Assembly (NCBI GenBank): GCA_964016885.1
Contig: OZ024743.1
Location: forward strand, 136,586,001-136,650,000
Direction: 5' to 3'
Length of the DNA: 64,000 bases
Source of the DNA: Eledone cirrhosa
Lineage: Eukaryota
In this document: positions 50,701 through 63,100 of the stretch, one piece after another
Numbering within the stretch: position 1 is the first letter of the stretch
Layout of the letters: every line of letters begins with the position of its first letter
Position numbers and translations under genes: made by a program
The notes under the pieces: model-generated
Seen by the model: only the letters and a program-made list of their open reading frames with translations
The model's database searches: none
What the model was told of the DNA's origin: nothing

Positions 50701-52049
50701 TGGTGCTTGGTGTTTGGTGTTTGGTGTTTGGTGCTTGGTGTCTGGTGCTTGGTGTTTGGTGTTTGGTGTTTGGTGCTTGGTGTTTGGTGTTTGCTGTTTG
50801 GTGCTTGGTGTTTGGTGTTTGGTGTTTGGTGTTTGGTGCTTGTTGCTTGGTGCTTGGTGCTTGGGGTTCGGTTCTTGGTTCTTGGTGTTTGGTACTTGGT
50901 GCTTGGTGTTTGGTCCTGGGTGCTTGGTGTTTGGTGCTTGGTGCTTGGTGCTTGCTGTTTGGTGTTTGGTGCTTGGTGCTTGGTGTTTGGTGTTTGGTGT
51001 TATATGCTTGGTGTTTGATGCTTGGTGCTTGGTGCTTGGTATTTGGTGTTTGGTGCTTGGTGTTTGTACTTGGTGCTTGGTTCTTGGTTCTTGGTGCTTG
51101 GTGCTTGGTGCTTGGTGCTTGGTGCTTGGTGTTTGGTGCTTGGTGTTTGGTGCTTGGTGTTTGGTGCTTGGTGCCTGGTGCTTGGTGCTTGGTGCTTGGT
51201 GTTTGGTGCTTGGTGTTTGGTGCTTGGTGTTAGGTGTTTGGTGCTTGTTGCTTGGTGTTTGGTGTTTCGTGCTTGGTGTTTGGTGCTTGGTGCTTGGTGT
51301 TTGGTGTTTGGTGCTTGGTGTTTGGTGCTTGGTACTTGGTGCTTGGTGCTTGGTGTTAGGTGTTTGGTGCTTGGTGCTTGGTGTTTGGTTTTTGGTGCTT
51401 GGTGCTTGGTGTTTGGTGTTTGGTGCTTGCTGCTGGCTGCTTGGTGTTTGGTGCTTGGTGCTTGGTGCTTGGTGCTTGGTGCTGGGTGGTTGGTGTTTGG
51501 TGCTTGGTGATTAGTGTTTGGTGCTAGGTGCTTGGGGTTTGGTGTTTGGTGCTTGGTGCTTGGTGTTTGGTGCTTGGTGCTTGGTGTTTGGTGCTTGGTG
51601 GTTGGTGTTTGCTGTTTGCTGTTTGCTGTTTGGTGTTTGTTGTTTGGTGTTTGTTGATTGGTGTTTGCTGTTTGGTGCTTGGTGCTTGGTCTTTGGTGCT
51701 TGGTGTTTGGTGTTTGGTGCTTGGTGCTTTGTGTTTGGTGCTTGGTGATTAGTGTTTGGTGCTTGGTGCTTGGGGTTTGGTGTTTGGTGCTTGGTACTTG
51801 GTGTTTGGTGCTTGGTGTTTGGTGTTTGCTGTTTGGTGTTTGGTGTTTGGTGTTTGCTGTATGGTGTTTGCTGTTTCGTGTTTGGTGTTTGCTGTTTGGT
51901 GTTTGGTGTTTGCTGTTCGGTGTTTGGTCTTTGGTGCTTGGTGTTTGGTGCTTGGTGCTTGGTGTTTGGTGTTTGGTGCTTGGTGTTTGGTGTTTGGTGC
52001 TTGGTGCTTGGTGCTTGGTGTTTGGTGTTTGGTGTTTGGTGCTTGGTGT
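40981..52049. repeat. Copy 2 of ~11.4 kb direct tandem duplication (315 bp and 7 bp shorter)
   Basis: Same offsets as copy 1. The match ends at 52047-52050 (TGTCTGG, versus TGTTTGA at 40981). Confidence 0.93.
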
Positions 52050-53430
52050 CTGGTGCTTGGTGTTTGGTGTTTGGTGTTTGGTGCTTGGTGTTTGGTGTTT
52101 GGTGTTTGGTGTTTGGTGCTTGTTGCTTGGTACTTGGTGCTTGGTGTTTGGTGCTTGGTGCTTGGTGTTTGGTGCTGGGTGCTTGGTGTTTGGTGCTTGG
52201 TGCTTGGTGCTTGGTGTTTGGTGTTTGGTGCTTGGTGCTTGGTGCTTGGTGTTTGGTGTTTGGTGCTTGGTGTTTTATGCTTGGTGTTTGATGTTTGGTG
52301 CTTGGTGCTTGGTGTTTGGTGCTTGGTGCTTGGTGTTTGTACTTGGTGCTTGGTGCTTGGTTCTTGGTGTTTGGTGCTTGGTGCTTGGTGCTTGGTGCTT
52401 GGTGTTTGGTGCTTGGTGTTTGGTGCTTGGTGTTTGGTGCTTGGTGCCTGGTGCTTGGTGCTTGGTGCTTGGTGTTTGGTGCTTGGTGTTTGGTGCTTGG
52501 TATTAGGTGTTTGGTGCTTGGTGCTTGGTGTTTGGTGTTTGGTGCTTGGTGTTTGGTGCTTGGTGCTTGGTGTTTGGTGTTTGGTGCTTGGTGTTTGGTG
52601 CTTGGTACTTGGTGCTTGGTGCTTGGTGTTAGGTGTTTGGTGCTTGGTGCTTGGTGTTTGGTTTTTGGTGCTTGGTGCTTGGTGTTTGGTGTTTGGTGCT
52701 TGCTGCTGGCTGCTTGCTGTTTGGTGCTTGGTGATTGGTGCTTGGTGTTTGGTGCTTGGTGTTTGGTGTTTGGTACTAGGTGCTTGGTGCTTGGTGTTTG
52801 GTGCTTGGTGCTTGGTGTTTGGTGTTTGGTGCTTGGTGCTTGGTGTTTGGTGCTTGGTGCTGGGTGCTGGGTGGTTGGTGTTTGGTGTTTGGTGTTTGGT
52901 GCTGGGTGCTTGGTGTTTGGTGCTTGGTGTTTGGTCTTTGGTGTTTGGTGTTTGGTGTTTGGTGCTTGGTGCTTGGTGCTTGGTGTTTGGTGCTTGGTGC
53001 TTGGTGTTTGGTGCTTGGTGCTTAGTGTTTGGTGCTAGGTGCTTGGGGTTTGGTGTTTGGTGCTTGGTGCTTGGTGCTTGGTGTTTGGTGTTTGGTGTTT
53101 GCTGTTTGGTGTTTGGTGTTTGGTGTTTGCTGTTTGGTGTCTGCTTTTTGGTGTTTGGTGTTGGCTGTATGTTATTTGCTGTTTGGTGTTTGGTGTTTGG
53201 TGTTTGGTGCTTGGTGCTTGGTGTTTGGTGTTTGGTGCTTGGTGCTTGGAGTTTGGTGTTTGGTGCTTGGTGCTTGGTGTTTTGTGTTTGGTGTTTGGTT
53301 TTTGGTGCTTGGTGCTTGGTGCTTGTTGCTTGGTCTTTGGTGTTTGGTGCTTGGTGCTTGGTGTTTGTACTTGGTGCTTGGTGCTTGGTGTTTGGTTCTT
53401 GGTTCTTGGTGTTTGGTACTTGGTGCTTGG
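51720..53430. repeat. ~1.7 kb segment duplicated at ~57,770-59,490 (offset ~6.0 kb)
   Basis: Pairs 51752/57798 and 52295/58341 (6,046), and 52780/58791 and 53029/59040 (6,011). GGTATTAGG and GTTGGCTGTAT are shared. Confidence 0.83.
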
Positions 53431-54179
53431 TGCTCGGTGCTTGGTGTTTGGTGTTTGGTGGTTGGTGTTTGGTGCTTGGTGCTTGGTGCTTGGTGTTAGG
53501 TGTTTGGTGCTTGGTGCATGGTGTTTGGTGCTTGGTGTTTGGTGTTTGCTGTTTGGTGTTCGGTGCTTGGTGTTTGGTGTTTGCTGTTTGGTGTCTGCTT
53601 TTTGGTGTTTGGTGTTTGCTGTATGGTGTTTGCTGTTTCGTGTTTGGTGTTTGCTGTTTGGTGTTTGGTGTTTGCTGTTTGGTGTTTGGTCTTTGGTGCT
53701 TGGTGCTTGGTGCTTGGTGCTTGGTGTTTGGTGTTTGGTGCTTGGTGCTTGGTGCTTCGTGTTTGGTGTTTGGTGCTTGGTGTCTGGAGCTTGGTGTTTG
53801 GTGTTTGGTGCTTGGTATTTGGTGTTTGGTGCTTGGTGCTTGGTGTTTGGTGCTTGGTGCTTGGTGTTTGTACTTGGTGCTTGGTGCTTGGTGTTTGGTG
53901 CTTGGTTCTTGGTGTTTGGTGCTTGGTGTTTGGTGCTTGGTGCTTGGTGTTTGGTGCTTGGTGCTTGGTGTTTGGTGTTTGGTGCTTGGTGCTTGGTGCT
54001 TGGTGTTTGGTGTTTGGTGCTTGGTGCTTGGTGTTTGGTGTTTGGTTCTTGGTGCTTGGTATTTGGGGCTTGGTGCTTGCTGCTTGGTGTTTGGTGCTTG
54101 GTGATTGATGCTTGGTGTTTGATGGTTGGTGCTTGGTGTTTGGTTTTTGGTGCTAGGTGCTTGGTGCTAGGTGCTTGGT

Positions 54180-57100
54180 GCTTGGTGTTTGGTGCTTGGT
54201 GTTTGGTGTTTGCTGCTTGGTGCTTGGGGCTTGGTGTTTGGTACTTGGTGCTTGGTGCTTGGTGTTTGGTGCTTGGTGCTTGGTGTATGGTGTTTGGTGT
54301 TTGGTGCTTGGTGTTTGGTGTTTGGTGCTTGGTGCTTGGTGTTTGTTGCTTGGTACTTGGTTCATGGTGTTTGGTGCTGGGTGCTTGGTGTTTGGTGCTT
54401 GGTGCTTGGTGTTTGGTGTTTGGTGCTTGGTGTTTGGTGTTTGGTGCTTGGTGCTTGGTGTTTGTTGCTTGGTACTTGGTGCATGGTGTTTGGTGCTGGG
54501 TGCTTGGTGTTTGGTGCTTGGTGTTTGGTGCTTGGTGCTTGGTGTTTGGTGTTTGGTGTTTGGTGCTTGGTGTTTGGTGCTTGGTGTTTGTACTTGGTGC
54601 TTGGTGTTTTGTGCTTGGTTCTTTGTGTTTGGTGTTTGGTGCTTGGTGCTTGGTGCTTGGTGTTAGGTGTTTGGTGCTTGGTGCTTGGTGTTTGGTGTTT
54701 GGTACTAGGTGCTTGGTGATTGGTGTTTGGCGCTTGGTGCTTGGTGTTTGGTGTTTGGTGTTTGGTGCTTGCTGCTTGGTGCTTGGTGCTGGGTGGTTGG
54801 TGTTTGGTGCTTGGTGATTAGTGTTTGGTGCTAGGTGCTTGGGGTTTGGTGTTTGGTGCTTGGTGCTTGGTGTTTGGTGCTTGGTGCTTGGTGTTTGGTG
54901 CTTGGTGCTTGGTGTTTGGTGTTTGCTGTTTGCTGTTTGGTGTTTGTTGTTTGGTGTTTGTTGTTTGGTGTTTGCTGTTTGGTGTTTGGTATTTGGTGTT
55001 TGCTGTTTGGTGTCTGCTTTTTGGTGTTTGGTGTTTGCTGTATGTTGTTTGCTGTTTGGTGTTTGGTGTTTGGTGTTTGGTGTTTGGTGCTTGGTGCTTG
55101 GTGTTTGGTGCTTGGTGCTTGGTGTTTGGTGCCTGGTGCTTGGTACTTGGTGTTTGGTGTTTGGTGCTTGGTGCTTGGTGTTTTGTGTTTGGTGTTTGGT
55201 TTTTGGTGCTTGGTGCTTGGTGCTTGGTACTTAGTCCTTGGTGTTTGGTGCTTGGTGCTTGGTGTTTGTACTTGGTGCTTGGTGCTTGGTGTTTGGTTCT
55301 TGGTTCTAGGTGTTTGGTACTTGGTGCTTGGTGCTTGGTGCTTGGTGTTTGGTGTTTGGTGCTTGGTGTTTGGTGCTTGGTGCTTGGTGCTTGGTGCTTG
55401 GTGTTAGGTGTTTGGTGCTTGGTGCTTGGTGTTTGGTGCTTGGTGTTTGCTGTCTGGTGTTTGGTGTTTGGTGTTTGGTGTTTGCTGTTTGGTGTCTGCT
55501 TTTTGGTGTTTGGTGTTTGCTGTATGGTGTTTGCTGTTTGGTGTTTGGTGCTTCGTGTTTGGTGTTTGGTCTTTGGTGATTGGTGTCTGGTGCTTGATGT
55601 TTGGTGTTTGGTGTTTGGTGCTTGGTGCTTGGTGTTTGGTGCTTGGTGCTTGGTGTTTGTACTTGGTGCTTGGTGCTTGGTGTTTGGTGCTTGGTTCTTG
55701 GTGTTTGGTGCTTGGTGTTTGGTGCTTGGTGCTTGGTGTTTGGTGCTTGGTGCTTGGTGTTTGGTGTTTGGTGCTTGGTGCTTGGTGCTTGGTGTTAGGT
55801 GTTTGGTGCTTGGTGCTTGGTGTTTAGTGTTTGGTTCTTGGTGCTTGGTATTTGGTGCTTGGTGCTTGCTGCTTGGTGTTTGGTGCTTGGTGATTGATGC
55901 TTGGTGTTTGGTGCTTGGTGCCCAGTGTTTGGTTTTTGGTGCTAGGTGCTTGGTGCATGGTGTTTGGTGCTTGGTGTTTGGTGTTTGGTGGTTGGTGCTT
56001 GGGGATTGGTGTTTGGTACTTGGTGCTTGGTGCTTGGTGTTTGGTGCTTGGTGCTTGGTGTTTGGTGTTTGGTGCTTGGTGCTTGGTATTTGGTGCTTGG
56101 TGCTTGGTGTTTGGTGTTTGGTGCTTGGTGCTTGGTGTTTGGTGCTTGGTGCTTGGTGCTTGTTGTTTGGTGATTGGTGCTTGGTGCTTGGTGTTTGGTG
56201 TTTGGTGCTTGGGGCTTGGTGTTTGGTGCTGCGTGCTTGGTGCTTGGTGCTTGGTGCTTGGTGCTTGGTGTTTGATGCTTGGTGTTTGATGCTTTGTGTT
56301 TGGTGTTTGGTGTTTGATGCTTGGTGCTTGATGCTTGGTGCTTGGTGCTTGGTGTTTGGTGCTTGGTGCTTGGTGTTTGGTGTTTGGTGCTTGGTGCTTG
56401 GTGTTTGGTGCTTGGTGCTTGGTGCTTGTTGTTTGATGATTGGTACTTGGTGCTTGGTGTTTGGTGTTTGGTGCTTGGGGCTTGGTGTTTGGTGCTGCGT
56501 GCTTGGTGCTTGGTGCTTGGTGCTTGGTGCTTGGTGTTTTGTGTTTGGTGTTTGATGCTTGGTGCTTGGTGTTTGGTGTTTGGTGCTTGGTGTTTGGTGT
56601 TTGCTGTTTGCTGTTTCGTGTTTGCTGTTTGGTGTTTGGTGTTTGGTGTTTGCTGTTTGGTGTTTGCTGTTTGGTGTTTGGTGCTTGCTGTTTGGTGCTT
56701 GGTGTTTGGTGCTTGGTGCTTGGTGTTTGGTGTTTGGTGTTTGGTGCTTGGTGCTTGGGGCTTGATTTGGTGCTTGGTGCTTGGTGCTTGGTGTTTGGTG
56801 TTTGGTGCTTGGTGTTTGGTGCTTGGTGCTTGGTGCTGGGTGTTTGGTGCTTGGTGTTTGGTGCATGGTGCTTGGTGCTTGTTGTTTGTCGCTTGTTGCT
56901 TGGTGCTTGGTGTTTGGTGCTTGGTGCTTGGTGTTTGGTGTTTGGTGCTTGGTGCTTGGTGTTAGGTGTTTGGTGCTTGGTGTTTGGTGTTTGGTGCTTG
57001 GTGCTTGGTGTTTGCTGCTTGGTACTTGGTGCATGGTGTTTGGTGCTGGGTGCTTGGTGTTTGGTGCTTGGTGTTTGGTGCTTGGTGCTTGGTGTTTGGT

Positions 57101-57190
57101 GTTTGGTGTTTGATGCTTGGTGTTTTATGCTTGGTGCTTGGTGTTTGGTGCTTGGTGTTTGTACTTGGTGCTTGGTGCTTGGTGTTTTGT
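54180..57190. repeat. ~3 kb segment duplicated at ~60,900-63,950 (offset ~6.72-6.79 kb)
   Basis: Pairs 54365/61082 (6,717), 54821/61566 (6,745), 55408/62195 (6,787), and 56781/63547 and 57034/63800 (6,766). Confidence 0.85.
55070..56400. repeat. ~1.3 kb segment present three times (also ~59,510-60,900 and ~61,850-63,170)
   Basis: Near-identical ORFs 55408/59888/62195, 55601/60081/62388 and 55894/60374/62681. GGTACTTAGTCC and TGCCCAG are shared. Confidence 0.85.
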
Positions 57191-60100
57191 GCTTGGTTCT
57201 TGGTGTTTGGTGTTTGGTGCTTGGTACTTGGTGCTTGGTGTTAGGTGTTTGGTGCTTGGTGCTTGGTGTTTGGTGTTTGGTCCTTGGTGCTTGGTGCTTG
57301 GTGTTTAGTGCTTGGTGCTTGGTGTTTGTTGTTTGGTGCTTTCTGCTTGCTGCTTGGTGTTTGCTGCTTGGTGCTTGGTGCTTGGTGTTTGGTGTTTGGT
57401 GCTAGGTGCTTGGTGTTTGGTGTTTGGTGTTTGATGCTTGGTGTTTGGTGCTTGGTGTTTGGTGCTTGGTGCTTGGGGCTTGGTGTTTGGTGCTTGGTGC
57501 TTGGTGCTTGGTGTTTGGTGCTTGGTGTTTGGTGTTTGGTGTTTGATGCTTGGTGTTTGGTGCTTGGTGTTTGGTGCTTGGTGCTTGGGGCTTGGTGTTT
57601 GGTGTTTGGTGCTTGGTGCTTGGTGTTTGGTGCTTGGTGCTTGGTGCTGGGTGGTTGGTATTTGGTGCTTGGTGCTTGGTGTTTGGTGCTTGGTGCTTGG
57701 TGCTTGGTGTTTGGTGCTTGGTGCTTGGTGCTTGGTCTTTGGTGCTTGGTGTTTGGTGTTTGGTGCTTGGTGCTTTGTGTTTGGTGCTTGGTGATTAGTG
57801 TTTGGTGCTTGTTGCCTGGGGTTTGGTGTTTGGTGCTTGGTACTTGGTGTTTGGCGCTTGGTGTTTGGTGTTTGCTGTTTGGTGTTTGGTGTTTGGTGTT
57901 TGCTGTATGGTGTTTGCTGTTTCGTGTTTGGTGTTTGCTGTTTGGTGTTTGGTGTTTGCTGTTTGGTGTTTGGTCTTTGGTGCTTGGTGTTTGGTGCTTG
58001 GTGCTTGGTGTTTGGTGTTTGGTGCTTGGTGTTTGGTGTTTGGTGCTTGGTGCTTGGTGCTTGGTGTTTGGTGTTTGGTGTTTGGTGCTTGGTGTCTGGT
58101 GCTTGGTGTTTGGTGTTTGGTGTTTGGTGCTTGGTGTTTGGTGTTTGGTGTTTGGTGTTTGGTGCTTGTTGCTTGGTACTTGGTGCTTGGTGTTTGGTGC
58201 TTGGTGCTTGGTGTTTGGTGCTGGGTGCTTGGTGTTTGGTGCTTGGTTCTTGGTGCTTGGTGTTTGGTGTTTGGTGCTTGGTGCTTGGTGCTTGGTGTTT
58301 GGTGTTTGGTGCTTGGTGTTTTATGCTTGGTGTTTGATGTTTGGTGCTTGGTGCTTGGTGTTTGGTGCTTGGTGCTTGGTGTTTGTACTTGGTGCTTGGT
58401 GCTTGGTTCTTGGTGTTTGGTGCTTGGTGCTTGGTGCTTGGTGCTTGGTGTTTGGTGCTTGGTGTTTGGTGCTTGGTGTTTGGTGCTTGGTGCCTGGTGC
58501 TTGGTGCTTGGTGTTTGGTGCTTGGTGTTTGGTGCTTGGTATTAGGTGTTTGGTGCTTGGTGCTTGGTGTTTGGTGTTTGGTGCTTGGTGTTTGGTGCTT
58601 GGTGCTTGGTGTTTGGTGTTTGGTGCTTGGTGTTTGGTGCTTGGTACTTGGTGCTTGGTGCTTGGTGTTAGGTGTTTGGTGCTTGGTGCTTGGTGTTTGG
58701 TGTTTGGTGCTTGCTGCTGGCTGCTTGGTGTTTGGTGCTTGGTGATTGGTGCTTGGTGTTTGGTGCTTGGTGTTTGGTGTTTGGTACTAGGTGCTTGGTG
58801 CTTGGTGTTTGGTGCTTGGTGCTTGGTGTTTGGTGTTTGGTGCTTGGTGCTTGGTGTTTGGTGCTTGGTGCTGGGTGCTGGGTGGTTGGTGTTTGGTGTT
58901 TGGTGTTTGGTGCTGGGTGCTTGGTGTTTGGTGCTTGGTGCTTGGTCTTTGGTGTTTGGTGTTTGGTGTTTGGTGCTTGGTGCTTGGTGCTTGGTGTTTG
59001 GTGCTTGGTGCTTGGTGTTTGGTGCTTGGTGCTTAGTGTTTGGTGCTAGGTGCTTGGGGTTTGGTGTTTGGTGCTTGGTGCTTGGTGTTTGGTGCTTGGT
59101 GCTTGGTGTTTGGTGTTTGGTGCTTGGTGCTTGGTGTTTGGTGTTTGGTGTTTGCTGTTTGGTGTTTGGTGTTTGGTGTTTGCTGTTTGGTGTCTGCTTT
59201 TTGGTGTTTGGTGTTGGCTGTATTTTATTTGCTGTTTGGTGTTTGGTGTTTGGTGTTTGGTGCTTGGTGCTTGGTGTTTGGTGTTTGGTGCTTGGTGCTT
59301 GGAGTTTGGTGTTTGGTGCTTGGTGCTTGGTGTTTTGTGTTTGGTGTTTGGTTTTTGGTGCTTGGTGCTTGGTGCTTGTTGCTTGGTCCTTGGTGTTTGG
59401 TGCTTGGTGCTTGGTGTTTGTACTTGGTGCTTGGTGCTTGGTGTTTGGTTCTTGGTTCTTGGTGTTTGGTACTTGGTGCTTGGTGCTTGGTGCTTGGTGT
59501 TTGGTGTTTGGTGCTTGGTGTTTGGTGTTTGGTGCTTGGTGCTTGGTGTTTGGTGCTTGGTGCTTGGTGTTTGGTGCCTGGTGCTTGGTACTTGGTGTTT
59601 GGTGTTTGGTGCTTGGTGCTTGGTGCTTGGAGTTTGGTGTTTGGTGCTTGGTGCTTGGTGTTTTGTGTTTGGTGTTTGGTTTTTGGTGCTTGGTGCTTGG
59701 TGCTTGGTACTTAGTCCTTGGTGTTTGGTGCTTGGTGCTTGGTGTTTGTACTTGGTGCTTGGTGCTTGGTGTTTGGTTCTTGGTTCTTGGTGTTTGGTAC
59801 TTGGTGCTTGGTGCTTGGTGCTTGGTGTTTGGTGTTTGGTGCTTGGTGTTTGGTGCTTGGTGCTTGGTGCTTGGTGCTTGGTGTTAGGTGTTTGGTGCTT
59901 GGTGCTTGGTGTTTGGTGCTTGGTGTTTGCTGTCTGGTGTTTGGTGTTTGGTGTTTGGTGTTTGCTGTTTGGTGTCTGCTTTTTGGTGTTTGGTGTTTGC
60001 TGTATGGTGTTTGCTGTTTGGTGTTTGGTGCTTCGTGTTTGGTGTTTGGTCTTTGGTGATTGGTGTCTGGTGCTTGATGTTTGGTGTTTGGTGTTTGGTA

Positions 60101-63100
60101 CTTGGTGCTTGGTGTTTGGTGCTTGGTGCTTGGTGTTTGTACTTGGTGCTTGGTGCTTGGTGTTTGGTGCTTGGTTCTTGGTGTTTGGTGCTTGGTGTTT
60201 GGTGCTTGGTGCTTGGTGTTTGGTGCTTGGTGCTTGGTGTTTGGTGTTTGGTGCTTGGTGCTTGGTGCTTGGTGTTAGGTGTTTGGTGCTTGGTGCTTGG
60301 TGTTTAGTGTTTGGTTCTTGGTGCTTGGTATTTGGTGCTTGGTGCTTGCTGCTTGGTGTTTGGTGCTTGGTGATTGATGCTTGGTGTTTGGTGCTTGGTG
60401 CCCAGTGTTTGGTTTTTGGTGCTAGGTGCTTGGTGCATGGTGTTTGGTGCTTGGTGTTTGGTGTTTGGTGGTTGGTGCTTGGGGATTGGTGTTTGGTACT
60501 TGGTGCTTGGTGCTTGGTGTTTGGTGCTTGGTGCTTGGTGTTTGGTGTTTGGTGCTTGGTGCTTGGTATTTGGTGCTTGGTGCTTGGTGTTTGGTGTTTG
60601 GTGCTTGGTGCTTGGTGTTTGGTGCTTGGTGCTTGGTGCTTGTTGTTTGGTGATTGGTGCTTGGTGCTTGGTGTTTGGTGTTTGGTGTTTGGGGCTTGGT
60701 GTTTGGTGCTGCGTGCTTGGTGCTTGGTGCTTGGTGCTTGGTGCTTGGTGTTTGATGCTTGGTGTTTGATGCTTTGTGTTTGGTGTTTGGTGTTTGGTGC
60801 TTGGTGTTTGGTGTTTGATGCTTGGTGCTTGATGCTTGGTGCTTGGTGCTTGGTGTTTGGTGCTTGGTGCTTGGTGTTTGGTGTTTGGTGCTTGGTGCTT
60901 GGTGTTTGGTGCTTGGTGTTTGGTGTTTGCTGCTTGGTGCTTGGGGCTTGGTGTTTGGTACTTGGTGCTTGGTGCTTGGTGTTTGGTGCTTGGTGCTTGG
61001 TGTATGGTGTTTGGTGTTTGGTGCTTGGTGTTTGGTGTTTGGTGCTTGGTGCTTGGTGTTTGTTGCTTGGTACTTGGTTCATGGTGTTTGGTGCTGGGTG
61101 CTTGGTGTTTGGTGCTTGGTGCTTGGTGTTTGGTGTTTGGTGCTTGGTGTTTGGTGTTTGGTGCTTGGTGCTTGGTGTTTGTTGCTTGGTACTTGGTGCA
61201 TGGTGTTTGGTGCTGGGTGCTTGGTGTTTGGTGCTTGGTGTTTGGTGCTTGGTGCTTGGTGTTTGGTGTTTGGTGTTTGATGCTTGGTGTTTGATGCTTG
61301 GTGCTTGGTGCTTGGTGTTTGGTGCTTGGTGTTTGTACTTGGTGCTTGGTGTTTTGTGCTTGGTTCTTTGTGTTTGGTGTTTGGTGCTTGGTGCTTGGTG
61401 CTTGGTGTTAGGTGTTTGGTGCTTGGTGCTTGGTGTTTGGTGTTTGGTACTAGGTGCTTGGTGATTGGTGTTTGGCGCTTGGTGCTTGGTGTTTGGTGTT
61501 TGGTGTTTGGTGCTTGCTGCTTGGTGCTTGGTGCTGGGTGGTTGGTGTTTGGTGCTTGGTGATTAGTGTTTGGTGCTAGGTGCTTGGGGTTTGGTGTTTG
61601 GTGCTTGGTGCTTGGTGTTTGGTGCTTGGTGTTTGGTGCTTGGTGCTTGGTGTTTGGTGCTTGGTGCTTGGTGTTTGGTGTTTGCTGTTTGTTGTTTGGT
61701 GTTTGTTGTTTGGTGTTTGTTGTTTGGTGTTTGCTGTTTGGTGTTTGGTATTTGGTGTTTGCTGTTTGGTGTCTGCTTTTTGGTGTTTGGTGTTTGCTGT
61801 ATGTTGTTTGCTGTTTGGTGTTTGGTGTTTGGTGTTTGGTGTTTGGTGCTTGGTGCTTGGTGTTTGGTGCTTGGTGCTTGGTGTTTGGTGCCTGGTGCTT
61901 GGTACTTGGTGTTTGGTGTTTGGTGCTTGGTGCTTGGTGCTTGGAGTTTGGTGTTTGGTGCTTGGTGCTTGGTGTTTTGTGTTTGGTGTTTGGTTTTTGG
62001 TGCTTGGTGCTTGGTACTTAGTCCTTGGTGTTTGGTGCTTGGTGCTTGGTGTTTGTACTTGGTGCTTGGTGCTTGGTGTTTGGTTCTTGGTTCTTGGTGT
62101 TTGGTACTTGGTGCTTGGTGCTTGGTGCTTGGTGTTTGGTGTTTGGTGCTTGGTGTTTGGTGCTTGGTGCTTGGTGCTTGGTGCTTGGTGTTAGGTGTTT
62201 GGTGCTTGGTGCTTGGTGTTTGGTGCTTGGTGTTTGCTGTCTGGTGTTTGGTGTTTGGTGTTTGGTGTTTGCTGTTTGGTGTCTGCTTTTTGGTGTTTGG
62301 TGTTTGCTGTATGGTGTTTGCTGTTTGGTGTTTGGTGCTTCGTGTTTGGTGTTTGGTCTTTGGTGATTGGTGTCTGGTGCTTGATGTTTGGTGTTTGGTG
62401 TTTGGTGCTTGGTGCTTGGTGTTTGGTGCTTGGTGCTTGGTGTTTGTACTTGGTGCTTGGTGCTTGGTGTTTGGTGCTTGGTTCTTGGTGTTTGGTGCTT
62501 GGTGTTTGGTGCTTGGTGCTTGGTGTTTGGTGCTTGGTGCTTGGTGTTTGGTGTTTGGTGCTTGGTGCTTGGTGCTTGGTGTTAGGTGTTTGGTGCTTGG
62601 TGCTTGGTGTTTAGTGTTTGGTTCTTGGTGCTTGGTATTTGGTGCTTGGTGCTTGCTGCTTGGTGTTTGGTGCTTGGTGATTGATGCTTGGTGTTTGGTG
62701 CTTGGTGCCCAGTGTTTGGTTTTTGGTGCTAGGTGCTTGGTGCATGGTGTTTGGTGCTTGGTGTTTGGTGTTTGGTGGTTGGTGCTTGGGGATTGGTGTT
62801 TGGTACTTGGTGCTTGGTGCTTGGTGTTTGGTGCTTGGTGCTTGGTGTTTGGTGTTTGGTGCTTGGTGCTTGGTATTTGGTGCTTGGTGCTTGGTGCTTG
62901 TTGTTTGGTGATTGGTGCTTGGTGCTTGGTGTTTGGTGTTTGGTGCTTGGGGCTTGGTGTTTGGTGCTGCGTGCTTGGTGCTTGGTGCTTGGTGCTTGGT
63001 GCTTGGTGTTTGATGCTTGGTGTTTGATGCTTTGTGTTTGGTGTTTGGTGTTTGGTGCTTGGTGTTTGGTGTTTGATGCTTGGTGCTTGATGCTTGGTGC

